Positions 50,132 through 62,420 of a stretch of DNA of 64,000 bases are shown here, in pieces. The position numbers were made by a program, and so were the translations under genes. Location of the stretch: positions 62,001-126,000 of the forward strand of contig CAXLNC010000052.1 in the NCBI GenBank assembly GCA_964187785.1. The letters run 5' to 3'. Source of the DNA: Amphiscolops sp. MND2022 (lineage: Eukaryota). Within the stretch, counting starts at the first letter, position 1. Every line of letters starts with the position of its first letter. Under the pieces are notes generated by a model, which was given only the letters and a program-made list of their open reading frames with translations, was not told where the DNA came from and ran no database searches.

Positions 50132-50715
50132 TAGTTTTCCGAAAGGATTTTTGGCTACAAAAGGCCTGGGCAATAACACACCTAACAGTGGACTCGCTCA
50201 TAAGATATTCAGCCAAATCATATTGCGATTGTTGGAGGGAGGGCAGTGTATTTTAATTGGCCCGAGATGGAAGCTCAAACTTGTGTTAACAACAAGCACG
50301 TGTTCTCTGTTTGAACATGTTGGCCATGCTGAGTGGATTGACTATTGGAAACACGATAAGGTATGACCTAGCCAAACAACACCTGAAACATCATCGCGAA
50401 CACTGCAAGAACAAATGCACTACCATTCACCCCGAATTTTTTACAAATTAATTCCCCTCCCGGTTTTTTGGGGTAATTTTTTGTGATTTTTACGGGAATT
50501 CGTTGCGGCACCGATTTTTTTTGTAACTCCCATGCGCTCCTCGCCGTCCTCGGGGAGTCGCGTGGATATTGCACAAAAACCAAACAAGAGTGGCCAGATT
50601 CTGGATCAACGCTGGAAAATATTTTTGTAATTTTTACGAAATTAGTTCCTCGCAAGATTTTTTTTTTATATTGCAAAAATGTTGGTGTTGATGGTAGATG
50701 TTTTCGCTGCATAAA

Positions 50716-50862
50716 CTTAGTGGCACGGGCGATTCGCAACGCGATTCGCGCGAATCGATTCGCGCGAATCATTCGCAATTGAAACCCCTATTTTTATAGT
50801 GCCTCAGGCCGATTCGCATGAATCACGCGAATCACCCGATTCGTGCGAATCACGCCACTAAG
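50716..50862. mobile_element. hAT-like MITE, 8-bp TSD
   Basis: CTTAGTGGC..GCCACTAAG; perfect TSD TGCATAAA; interior with CGATTCGC/GCGAATC repeats. Confidence 0.92.
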
Positions 50863-51009
50863 TGCATAAACATCTGAGTTTCAAACTTGTTAAGTGATTC
50901 GCAAAGGAAGAAGCCCGGAGCGGCGCCCAAAGAATTGGACACGTTTTTGGCTCTGCGGAGGCTCTTGCGTGATCTTCTGAGTCTTGTAGGGCAAGCAAAA
51001 CAATCTTAA

Positions 51010-51219
51010 CAGTGTGCAAACTAGGTGCAGACTGTAGAGACAAGTGGATTTACAAGGGGCGTTTGTAGAAATCAGTGATTTTATTGAAATTTAAAGGTTC
51101 TCTTTTGGAATTCCTAGAGAACAAGCGCTCCTGAGAAAATCAAAAAGCCCCCAGAAAATCACCGGAAAAGTGGAATTTTCTGAGCCTCACCTTTGGCAAT
51201 GCACCTAGTTTGCAAACTG
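51010..51219. mobile_element. MITE with ~20-bp TIR and possible TTAA-type TSD
   Basis: TTAA|CAGTGTGCAAACTAGGTGCA ... TGCACCTAGTTTGCAAACTG|TTGA. Confidence 0.7.
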
Positions 51220-52825
51220 TTGACAATCACTCGTTGCGACTCGAGCGACCATTTACAGGGCCCTCCGGGCCCGAAATCCCAAAAAAACGTCTCAAAAAGA
51301 GTCTTTATGGGGGTCTGCGAGAAAGTCCCCGAAAACACCCGAAAAACTTCAATTTTGGGTATTTTTCGACTTTTCCGGGCATTTTCGGGGACTTTTTTGC
51401 ACACCCCCAAGCCCTGATCTTCTTTTCCTTGTTTTTTTGAAATTCCTTGCCGTTTTGGCCCCAAAAAACAAGGATTTTTTCAGAAAGTGTGGGTTTTAAG
51501 ACATTTTTAGACTATTTAGCAAGGAATTAAGCCCAAAAAAGGAAGGAATCCTGCTATTTTCCCCAAAACAGCAAGGATTTCCATTAAAAAAAGGCAAGGA
51601 TTTTTATGCAAGGAATTGCCCAAAAAAGCAAGGAAAAAAAAAGCAAGGAATTTTGAGAGTTTTGCCTCCAAAATTGATTGCAGCTGGGAGTGTGTGCATG
51701 CAAGGGCCATGCTCTCTCCCTGAGACTGTCTGTGCTTCCTCCCTGCATCTAGCTCCTTCTACTTAACTGGATCTGGGATCTGATCTTATATTTGAGTCTG
51801 GAATGCCTCTGTTCCTCACCTAACCTGCAAATGTGATACATGCCATGCTGGGTCTGTTGAGCCTCTGGGTTTCTGCCAAGCCTCCCTGCAGCTGCAGGAA
51901 ACTGATGGCCTCTTAGCTATTTGTCTTAAATGCACCTCTCAAATAATTTCAGTGTCCTATCAAAAATTGTGTCGCCAAGCTCCTAAAGAGCACTTAATTG
52001 AGCACCTGCATGCATGCTAGATCGACAATGCCTATCCTGAGATGGAAGATGATGAAGTGTGCACTTGTTCATCTTGTTGCTTGCACATGCATTTGTCTGA
52101 GTTGTGAACACCTATATTGGGCCAAGGGCCCAGGATGGAGGTGCTTGCAGTGTGCATTTTTTGTGCACAATGTGCATGTTTTTGAGCAATGCCTCCCCTC
52201 AACTACATATTATTCATGATGGCCATGCATGCATACAAGGTACCTCATGTTGATGTTGCCATTTTCAGAAGTGCTTAGGCTTAGTTGCCTGCCCTAGCTG
52301 GCACTTTGAGTGTCCTGCAGGTGGGCACATCTGGCATGCAAATCACATCCAACCCCATCACCCCTAGCTGTCCAAAATGTCAGTTGAATTGGGTGTCTCT
52401 GACAGTCTGGGTTGGGAGAAGTATATAGGAGAAGTAAAAGAACACATCTATATATATATATATAACCCAAAGGTTGGAGCTTGGAGATATTCTTGCCATC
52501 CCTGAGGGAGCTTGAGGCCTGCAACAAACCAGACAAGCAACATCAAAAAAACCCTGGAAGACAAATCATATCACAACCAATTCCTCAAACTTTTCTGCAA
52601 GATTTTGGATAACTTGCATGGTGGTGATTCCTACTTGCTTGTGTGCCCTATCTTGCTGAACACTGAATGCCAAAACATGCCACAACCAATTCCCATGATT
52701 TCTGCAAGAGGGCCTGGGGTTCCAAAAACCTTGTTTGGAGCACTCTTGTCTGGGTTGTGCCTTTGAGATTGGTGGTGATTCCTACTTGCTTGTGAGCCCT
52801 ATCTTGTTGGCAGAGCTTGGTGGGT

Positions 52826-53600
52826 GTCACTCCAAGGCCTACTAGCTTGCATTGGGTGGCATTGTTGCAGCCAAGGCCTACTAGCTTGCATTGGGTGGTT
52901 GCATTGCAAAGGCCTACTAGCTTGCATTGGGTGGTGGCATTGCAAAGGCCTACTAGCTTCTTGCCAAGGCCTACTAGCTTCTTGCAAAGGCCTACTAGCT
53001 TCTTGCAAAGGCCTACTAGCTTCTTGCAAAGGCCTACTAGCTTCTTGCAAAGGCCCTACAGCTCATCAAGGCATTGGTGAGAGTCCTAGCTATCCCTCAT
53101 CAATACATTGGTGAGAGCCCTACAGCTCATCAAGAGAGTGGTGAGAGCCCTGAACCTCATCAAGACATTGGTGAGAGCCCTGAACCTCATCAAGACATTG
53201 GTGAGAGCCCTGAACCTGAACCTCATCAAGACATTGGTGAGAGCCCTGAACCTCATCAAGACATTGGTGAGAGCCCTGAACCTCATCAAGACATTGGTGA
53301 GAGCCCTGAACCTCATCAAGACATTGGTGAGAACCCTACTTGTGCCAATTCTACCTCATCAAGTTCCTGTGTGTGGTGTTGCAGAGCAAGTCTACCTCAT
53401 CAAGTCCTTTGTGTGTGTGGTGTGCTAGCAGCTCTACCTCATCAAGTCCTTATTGTGTGTGGTGTTGCAGAGCAGCTCTACCTCATCAAGTCCTTTGTGT
53501 GTGGTGTTGCAGAGCTCTACCTCATCAAGTTGTTTGTGTGAGTGGTGTTGCAGAGCAGCTCTACCTCATCAAGTTGTGTGTGTTGCAGGAGCCCTACAAG
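52826..53600. repeat. Compound minisatellite (33-, 21-, 30- and ~40-bp units)
   Basis: AAGGCCTACTAGCTTGCATTGGG.., AAGGCCTACTAGCTTCTTGCA x5, CCTCATCAAGACATTGGTGAGAGCCCTGAA x~8, TCTACCTCATCAAGT..GTGTGTGGTGTTGCAGAGC x~6. Confidence 0.95.
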
Positions 53601-53815
53601 CAAAGTCTTTGTTGCTGTGGCTTGTGGTGAAGTGCCCCATTAAGTGAAGAGACAAGAGCTAGCAAGAGTCCTAAATTGAGAAGCAAGTAGTTCCCTGATC
53701 CTAGATGTTCTGGCAGCTGGGGCCTGAGATCATGGGGTACAGAATGGTTTTGCCAAAATTGTGGTGTATATATGTATATATACATATATATATATGTGAG
53801 TCCTTGCTTGCAGGT

Positions 53816-55534
53816 ATGCCTCCCAAAGATGGATATCATTGTCAAGCTCTGCAAGTTTTTCAACAACATGGTAAAACAATTGAGAGGCTTGGTTGGAAGC
53901 ACATGGACCCAGAGGAGTTTGCCACATGCTTCCTTCAGATGCTCAAAGGCTTGGGACAGATATCAGACAGGGTGAGAAAAAGTGAGTTGAAAGTGATAGT
54001 CCAGGATGGCAAATTCAGATTGTCCTCCTCTGAAATCCATTTGTTTGCAGAGAAGGTGGCATCAACAATCAAATTCTGCAAGCAAAAACTTCGAGACAGT
54101 GGATCAGGCAAGTTTCTACCTGCACCATGTGTTGCATTGAGGAAAATCTGGTCCAGAACCAGGATTGGGAAGACCTACATGAAGGGCAAGGCAAAGGGAC
54201 AGAAGCAGCAGAGCAGCCCCAAAAAGAAGGATGAAAAGGCTATTGGCATCAGAGATGTGTTTGGCCTTCCTCCAAAAAGAAAGTCTGAGCTGGTCAGGTT
54301 GGATTCCACTTCCTCATCTGAGGATTTTCAGCCAGCAACAAGAGTTTCTTCTTCAAGCTCTGCCCCTTCTGCACCTTCAAGTGGTTCTTGGGAGACCTGT
54401 CCAAAACCTCTGGGCCCAAACCAACACCCCAAATACCCACCATGAGAGAAAGAGCTCTAGCCATCTGAAAAATGGGGCCAGCAACTCAGCAAGGATATTG
54501 CTATTAAAGCCTTGTCTTGCAAGAACTCAATATCCCCATATGACCTAGGTTCAAAGGATGGACAAGCAAAGCTCATCTACTATGACATCTTCAATCTTCG
54601 AGCAGTTTGCAAAGGGCCTTTAGGGGAGCTTACCTTCCCTTTGTGTGAGATGCCTGGCAAGCAGAACTTGGTTTGGAAAAATGTTGAGGGAGACATTGTT
54701 GAAAGCCAGGTACCAAAGAAGTATCTCCAAGCAGTGATGAAAAGGCCAGCAGCACTGGCACCTCCCCAACAAAGAGGCAGCTAACAAAGAAGCAAAGGCA
54801 GCAAAGAAAGAAGCAGATCCAGAAGAAGAAGAGGAAAGTCAAGAGGAGGAGGAGGAGGCAGGTGAAGAACCTCAAGATGGGGATGCTGAGGATGATGAAG
54901 GCATGCTAGAAGAAGGTGAAGAGGAGGAAATGTTAGAAGATGAGGAGGAAGAAGCAGAAGAGCAAGAATGTGAAGCTGAGATAAAGAAGAAGAGGAGCAT
55001 GTGATTGGAGATGGAAAGGTGAGTGAGTCAGAGAAGAGAGAGGTGGAGGATGAAAAAGCAGAAAAGCAAGAAACAAAGGAGGAGATGAAGGATCAAAAGG
55101 CAGAGACTCAAGAGAAAGATGAGATGAAAGGTGAGAAGGCAGAGAGTGAAGAGCAAGATGAAAAGGAGCTCAAGAAGATGAAGAAGCCCTTGGTCATGAA
55201 GCCCTTGGTCATGAGAAAGCCAACATCATCCTCATCATCAGCATCATCATGGAAGCTGGTTGGCAAGAAGGCTGATCCTAACCCTGTCATTGATGGTGCC
55301 TACTATGTGAATGCAAAGAGTGGCAAGAACATCAGGGCTTACATATTGGCTCGCTATGGATCTGAGAAGACACAACTGGTGCAGATATCATCTCATGAAG
55401 CCTTGGCCTACAAGGCAATCACCAAGCAGATCCATGAAGAGGCCTTGGAGAAGATAGCATCAGGGGTGAGGTTGCAGGAGCTGAAGGCATGGGCAGCAAG
55501 CACAAAGCAAGCCCTCACAAGGTGGGCCATGTAG
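53816..55534 (+). pseudogene. Disrupted ~550-aa hypothetical protein: basic N-terminal domain, MKRPAA motif, long acidic tract, small C-terminal domain
   Basis: ATG at 53816 follows a CAG acceptor. ORFs 53705-54445 and 54512-54784 are in the same frame, separated by TGA and TAG (premature stops or a small intron). Frameshifts near 54770 and 54985 link to 55001-55534. Confidence 0.6.
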
Positions 55535-55711
55535 AGCAAATGCCATGGAATCCCTGTGCACACCTCATCTGATCCCCCAAGAAGTTCTAAACCCCATGAA
55601 AGCTCTAGAAAAGCCACTCATGGACACAAAGTAAGCTTGCATTTTTTGACCTTAATTGAGTGCTGGCATTGAGGGTTTAGGGGCCCTACATATCTCACTG
55701 ACTCTTTCATA

Positions 55712-55830
55712 TCTCCCTGCAGGTGAGTGAGTGCATGAATGAGAAGTACCCAGACAAGTTGCAGAGATGTTCTTTGTTCAGGACAAGGGCATTGATGCCT
55801 CCAAATCAACATGTGTGGAAGGCCATGAGT
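55712..55830 (+). pseudogene. Remnant of exon 2 of the 60664-61913 gene
   Basis: CAG|GTGAGTGAGTGCATGAATGAGAAGTACCCAGACAAGTTGCAGAG..TTTGTTCAGGACAAGGG..TTGATGCCTCCAAATCAACA matches 61181-61350 with deletions. Confidence 0.85.
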
Positions 55831-56284
55831 TGAGCCCATTGTTTTGGGAATAGACAAAACATCACCCATGTATATGCCAACTTGTTTGCTGGAGGCTTCT
55901 GACATTTTGCCAATCATAGCCACAAGAAACAACTCTGAACCCCATGGGATTGACTCAATGGCCCAGGGGCACATGGATCATGAACAACCAAGATTGCACA
56001 AAAACATGGTCGAACATGCAATGCAATACCTAAACATGAGTATGTATCTATCAAATAAATGTATTGACTAAGCAGGATGTTTGGGGCCTTTTTGACTTGT
56101 AAAGTTCTTGTTCCCTCCATTCTGCTTTTTGTTTTAGCAGATGACTACACAAGTTTGGAAAACATTGTTCCATTTTCATGTGATCATTGTTTGGCTTGAT
56201 GTCTTTTGAAGCATTGCATTGGTTCTCTTGAAGTGTGCACTTGGATTTTGAATGGTTTGGGCCTAGTGATGCTATGTCCAAACA

Positions 56285-56450
56285 ATGCATGGGGCCTCTT
56301 TCTTGGAAGCCTACATGCATGGGTGCTTATTCCTTGGATGCATGGGTCTTCTTCTTGGAAGCCTACATGCATGGGTGCTTATTCCTTGGGAGATGCATGG
56401 GTCTTGTTGGAAGCCTACATGCATGGATGCTCCCTTGGGAGATGCATGGG
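56285..56450. repeat. 3' minisatellite GGAAGCCTACATGCATGGGTGCTTATTCCTTGG, cassette 1
   Basis: About three units, homologous to 62200-62420. Confidence 0.9.
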
Positions 56451-56999
56451 TGTTTTTGTCCTAGCAGAGCACTCCAAGCTGTGCATGTAACACACTCATA
56501 CCTAAGGTTCAGACCATTTATCACAGATTGTTGATACCTAAGGTTCAGATCATTTATCTCAGACTGCTGTGAATTGCCAGATGGCTATAATCTGGCAATG
56601 AAAGGTCCTAATTTGGCATTGCAAGAAGGGCAAAAACAATAGATGCTTGTGTTAGAGTTGTCATCTTTTCATGGGGATTTGTTTCAGGAATGGTTGGGGC
56701 ATTTGTAGAGAAAAGTAAGAGTCTTGTATCTCTTCTAAAATTAACATCCCTTCTATGAGCTCAAGCTGGACAACACCCTGCAACAAAGTTGTGCTTGCAG
56801 AGTTGCTTGGGAGCCACTCCTTGAGGCCTTGCACAGTGAAGGACATTGAGCCCAAGCCTTGTGTTTATGTGGGTTTCTTTTTTGATCCACACTGAAGCCA
56901 CCCTTACAACCATAAGTAGTTTTTAGCCACCTTTTGAGCCACAATGGGTAGTTTTGGCCACCTCTGCAAGGCACTTCTGCAAGGCTTGAGCCATGCCCT

Positions 57000-57360
57000 T
57001 TGAGGCACATTGGGTAGCTTTTAGCCACATGCAATGGGCACAGCCTCCTTTGGAAGGCCAGCCCTTGAGCCACACATGCTAGCTTTTAGCCACAAGGCTT
57101 GCCCTTGAGCCAATCATGCTAGCTTTTAGCCACAAGGCTTGCCCTTGAGCCAATCATGCTAGCTTTTAGCCACAGCCTCTTGTGAAAGGCTTGCCTAGCC
57201 ACATAACATTGAGCCCCTTCATTAGCTTGCAGCCACCTTTGCTAGCTTTTAGCCACATAGCTTTTAAGAACAACTACAATGATTGCCTTTGATCCAGACA
57301 TTCTAGCTCTTAACCACATTGGTTTCAACATAGTTTTTAGCCACCTAGCTTTTAGCCTCT
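57000..57360. repeat. Degenerate TAGCTTTTAGCCAC repeat cluster
   Basis: The motif recurs about six times, including a 40-bp tandem duplication at 57075-57155. Confidence 0.85.
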
Positions 57361-60139
57361 TTTTGTCAGGGTCAACCCCTTGAGCCATACCACCTCATAT
57401 GTTGAAGCTAGCATTGGGCCAAGGCAAGCCTTCTCTTGAGATTGGGCACCTACTTGGTTCATATCATGGAGGATTGCATGAAGGAGTGGATGAGACACAC
57501 ACACATGGTTCACTTGGCAACAAGTTATTGCCACAACATTTGTTGCTAAGCAGAATGGAGTTTGGGGCATGTTAAAGATTGGTGCACATGCTTTTCTTAA
57601 ATTTTTATTCAAACATGAGTGTACACATATGAAGGGCAACATGGACACATACAAGAACACATGCATCATGATTAATACATGAGGCAAATCATGCACTAGA
57701 AATTGCACATTATTGAGGAGCATATTTATGCTAATCAACAACATGTATCCTAGTTCTATAAGTAGAGATGGGGGGACACAAGTTCTAATGAAAACTCATA
57801 TTGCACAATTGAAAATATAGACCTACAGGCCTTCATTGGCAAGGCAATGCATACATTTGGAAGAGCAGCTGGCTGGGATGCTTGTAGATGGCATGCATGT
57901 GAGTAGGTACATATATATATGTATATACATGTACATATATTGATATTATGAAATCATCTTATTGGCAAAGCAGATGTGACATAACATGTCAGTGACATAA
58001 CAGAAGTAGAAGCTATATGTAAGAGGCATCCCTGGCCAAGTTGCCACCAGCACTCTGCACTTTGATGATCTTGCAGCATTGTTGGATGAAAAAGTGTAAG
58101 CTTGCTTGCAGAAATTCACACCAAGCAAGAAGAGTGCCCCAAATCACACCACCCCTGTGAATCTATGGAACCCATGCTACCCTCAAACCCCACCCCTGCC
58201 AATGTCTGGACCCAACCTTGGTCTCAGAGATGTTGGGTGAGACAAGCTCCTGCACAGAAACCTATTTGCCAGCATTGGGCACATGTGGAGGAGATTGCTG
58301 TGGCTAGGGCTGTCAAGATATTCTTGCCAAATTGCCTAGATTGCCTATCATGTGCAGGAGATTGCTGTGGCTAGGGCTGTCAAGATATTCTTGCCAAATT
58401 GCCTAGATTGCCTATCTGCCACAGATGTGGAGGAGATAGCTGTGGCTATGTCTGGTAATCATGTCTGTTTGTTCATGGTGTGAAGCCAAGAGGTGTTCTA
58501 GTGAAGCTGCCTAGATGCCTATCTGCAAGCATTGAGCACATGTGGAGGAGATCATTGTGGCCAAACATGGCCCATTGTAGTGTTGCTAAGATATGACAGC
58601 TGTTTGTTGTTGATGTGGAGGTGGTTGTTGTGGTGGATGTTGAGAAACACCATGGCTGTCTGCAACAATTGAGCACATGTATCTGGAGGTGATCATTGTG
58701 GCCAAACATGGCTCATTGCATTGTTGCTTAAAATATGACAGCTGTTTGTTGTTGATGTGGAGGTGGTTGTTGTGCTGGTTGATGTTGAGAAACACCATGA
58801 AATTGTTGTGGCTGTTTGTGGTTGAATGTGATTGCTGGCTTTCAATCAAGCTACCTAAGGAATGCAGACTTCACAACCAAAGACAGGCACACACACAACA
58901 AGCCAGACACCACCATAAAATTACCAACTCTACATGTGTGCACAATCCACTAATCCAGTGAGCTGGCCACCTCTTGTTTGCACATTGGACCCAACCATGA
59001 CCAACACCATCCACAACTGAGTCAGCCTATGATTGGCACAAACCACTCCCCAATCCATGTGCACATTGTTGCAAGTGATGGCTTCCTGGTGTGCTGTCCA
59101 AAATCTGCCCCAAGCTGTGCTCAAAAATGTTAAAAAAAACATTTTTTTAACAGATCATGTTTTCAAAAATACACTATAAAACAAGTGCTTTGGGCCAAGT
59201 TAAAAGCAAGAAAAAATGTTAAAAAATATCATTTTTGAACACCTATTTTGTGCATTTATCCTATTTTTGTAGTGAATTTCAGTGCTCAAAAAAAAACTAT
59301 TTTTGAACAAGCCCAAAATCATTTTTGAGCACATTTTTGAACACTCCAAGGCATGTCACCACTATTTTCAAAGCACATGATCATATTTGAAGCTCATTGT
59401 TAAAGTTTTGGTTTTGTGCTCAAAAATGCTCAAAAATGCTCAAAAATGCTCAAACATGGGAATACATGGCAAATTGTGCCAATTGTGTGCTTGGTATAGA
59501 GATGTGTGCACTTGTCATCATCTTACATGCAAGTCTGTGTGTGAGTTTGCCTCACAGTTGTATCCTATATTTGGTCAAGGGTCCAGAATGGAGGTGCTTG
59601 CATTGCTTGTAAGCAAGACATGTGCAAACATGCATACCTCAAATGTCTTTCTGGAGGAGTGAAGGAAAGAATGTGAAGTGTTTGAGGATGCTTACATCAT
59701 TGCACTTGTGGCCATTTAGACAAGTTGAACTCAGTTGTGTTAGGCTCTGTGGCATCACAATTGAGTTGCCATCTCAGGTTGGCACACACCCCCATCCACA
59801 CATCCTCCTTCACCCTCCCAATGGAAACAAGCAGAGAGAAATCAAAGTGGTGGGTCTCAACTACTTGGGTCTAGGTGTGGCAGAGCTTGAGTGTGTGATA
59901 TGTTGCCCCAGAGGTTTGAGCTTGGAGCTTCTGTGCCATCCCTAAGGGAGCTTGAGGCCTGCAACAAATCAGACAATGAACATGCTGATAAACACACCTC
60001 AATTTCAAGATCAGTTGGCTTTACAAAATTGCTAAGCCCAAATTTGATGATTCAAAATTGTTGGTTTTCCTCCTAAGCCCAAAGTTGATGTTTGGTGTTG
60101 TCTGAGTTGTTGCTTCCAGATTGGTGGTTGCCCTTGTTG

Positions 60140-60663
60140 GTGACAATCTTGCAGAGCCCTACTGTGGTGCCAATTCTACCTCATCAAGTTCCTTGTTGTG
60201 GGTGTGAGTGGTGTTGCAGAGCCCTACTGTGGTGCCAATTCTACCTCATCATTGTTGTGGTGTGGTGTGGTGTTGCAGAGACCTACCTGTTGTGAATCCA
60301 AATCTACCTCATCAAGTTCCTTGGTGTGGTGTGGTGTTGCAGAGCCCTAGTGTGGTTCCAAGTCTACCTCATCAAGTTCCTTGGTGTGGTGTTGCAGAGC
60401 CCTAGTGTGGGTGAAAGTCTACCTCATCAAGTTCCTTGGTGTGGTGTTGCAAAGCCCTAGTGTGGTTCCAAGTCTACCTCATCAAGCTCCTTGCTGTGGT
60501 GTGGTGTTGCAGAGCCCTAGTGTGGTTCCAAGTCTACCTCATCAAGTTCCTTGCTGTGGTGTGGTGTTGCAGAGCCCTAGTGTGATTCCAAGTGTACCTC
60601 ATCAAGTTCCTTGGTGTGGTGTTGCTTAGCCCTACTTGTTGTGGTTCCCAGGTCTACCTCATC
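60140..60663. repeat. ~60-bp minisatellite running into the start codon of the next gene
   Basis: GTTGCAGAGCCCTAGTGTGGTTCCAAGTCTACCTCATCAAGTTCCTTGG x~8; the last unit reads CCCAGGTCTACCTCATC-ATG. Confidence 0.95.
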
Positions 60664-61913
60664 ATGGCCAAGACACCAAAGAAGAGCAAGACACATAGCC
60701 CAAAGAAGGCCAACAGCACCTTGCAGAAGCACTTCCAGAAGGCCACCCCACCCTCTGCAGCCAGCTCCTCTCAGGAACCTACCAGAGCCCAGACCAGCCT
60801 CTTCCTGACATATGTGAGGGCAACAGCAAAGGGAAAGGATGAGAGAGCAGCAGAGCAGGCCATGGAGCTTTCAAAGCACTACATGGAGCTCACAGTGCCA
60901 GAGAAGAAGGCATTGATCCAAGAATTTTTTAAAGTTGGAGGCCGCAAACAAGGTTTAAGCCTTTGCTTTGCCCAAGCCATTCACACAAAGCAGGCAGCTA
61001 GTGAGGGCACTTGGAGTGGATATGTGACACCAGGAGCTCTCATGGTGTTGGAGGGGGTGCCCTGGGATGTTTCAAAAATGTCCCCAACCATAACAAGGCT
61101 CTGAAAACCACAAGTCTCTCAATGTCTGGGGTTCCAAAATAGCCAGAGTTTCCAAAGTGTGGGGGATGCATCTGCCCTTGACAGGTGAAGGAGACTGACT
61201 TTGAGAGCTTTGATGAGATGTCTGATTGGTATCACAGGACATGTGATGAGTGCATGAATGAGAAGTACCCAGACAAACCCAATGCAAACTTCAAGTTGCA
61301 GAAGAGGTACTTTGTTCAGGACAAGGGGGTTGATGCCTCCAAATCAACAGAGCTGTGTGAAAGGCTTGAGAGGACCTCTGGAGATGCTGGGGCTGCATTG
61401 GGTTGCTTGGGCTTGGGTGATGCTCCAAAGAAAGGTAAGAGTGTGAGTGATCAGCATCGATTGGCATACACAAAGCTACAACAATCTATTTCAAAGCTTG
61501 GAAGGTCATTGGGCATCTGTGAGCAGACAATGCCTGCCCAGAAAAGGCAGATGACTCCAATGGCATTCCAGAAGTACAAGCAGGGCTTCCACTCATGCAG
61601 AGATTGCAGGGATCAAGCACTTGATGAGGCAGAGGACTTGAAAGACCCTGAGGAGGGGGAGATGTTGGATTGCATGGATAAGATCACAAAGTTGCAAGCA
61701 AAGGTCAGTGAGCACTTGGATTGCTTGCTGGAAGCCATGCAGAACCATGCCCCAAAGAAGATGAAGAAGGAGGATAAGAAGGATGAGAAGAAGCCTGCTC
61801 AATCTAGCCAAGGACCCCATCACAAACAAAAAAGCAATCAACACCCAGACAAACAAACAACCACCCTGGGGGACATGAAAATCTCTCTTGCATGGGCAAA
61901 ACATCTTCTCTGA
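60664..61913 (+). CDS. Two-exon hypothetical protein, ~373 aa, with a helical/coiled-coil C-terminus (exons 60664-61056 and 61185-61913)
   Basis: MAKTPKKSK start. A phase-0 GT-AG intron (61057-61184; GGG|GTGCCC..TTGACAG|GTG) joins ..MVLEG-VKETDFES. Both exons are fully open; no family recognised. Confidence 0.7.
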
Positions 61914-62199
61914 GTTGTGTTTTATAGTTTTACTGTCTTTTGGCTTGGGAGACAGATGTATACCCTAGCCCTGTGCATGCAACCCTCAGGAGCACTCATG
62001 GATGGTGATGGAGCTGCCACTGGCTGATAGCAAAGTTGAGGAGGCCACTCTGGAACATGACCCTCCCCCAAAGAATGGGAAACTTGTTCTTGCTTTTGAC
62101 AATGTGCCTTGCCAAAATGCCTATTCAGACATTCAAGAAATGAGGTAGTGGTTGTGTTCTGGTTTGGTGCCCTTTTTTGGAGGACTTGGTGCTTGGATG

Positions 62200-62420
62200 A
62201 CAAGGCTACATGGGTGCTTATTCCTTGGCAAGCTGTGGGTGCTTAGTCTTGGTGGAAGCCTACAAGCATGGGTGCTTATTATTGGCAGGCTGTGGGTGCT
62301 TATGCCTATGGAAGCCTACATGCTTGGGTGCTTATTCCTTGGCAGGCTGTGGGTGCTTATGCCTATGGAAGCCTACATGCTTGGGTGCTTATTCCAGCTG
62401 TGGGTGCTTATTCCTTGGGA
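62200..62420. repeat. 3' minisatellite GGAAGCCTACATGCTTGGGTGCTTATTCCTTGG, cassette 2
   Basis: About four units, homologous to 56285-56450. Confidence 0.9.

Noticed and set aside
52826-53600. CRISPR-like 30-bp repeats and periodic ORFs (QEASRPL, ESPEPHQDIG)
   Set aside because: No spacers. The ORFs are open in several frames on both strands because the unit lengths are multiples of three.
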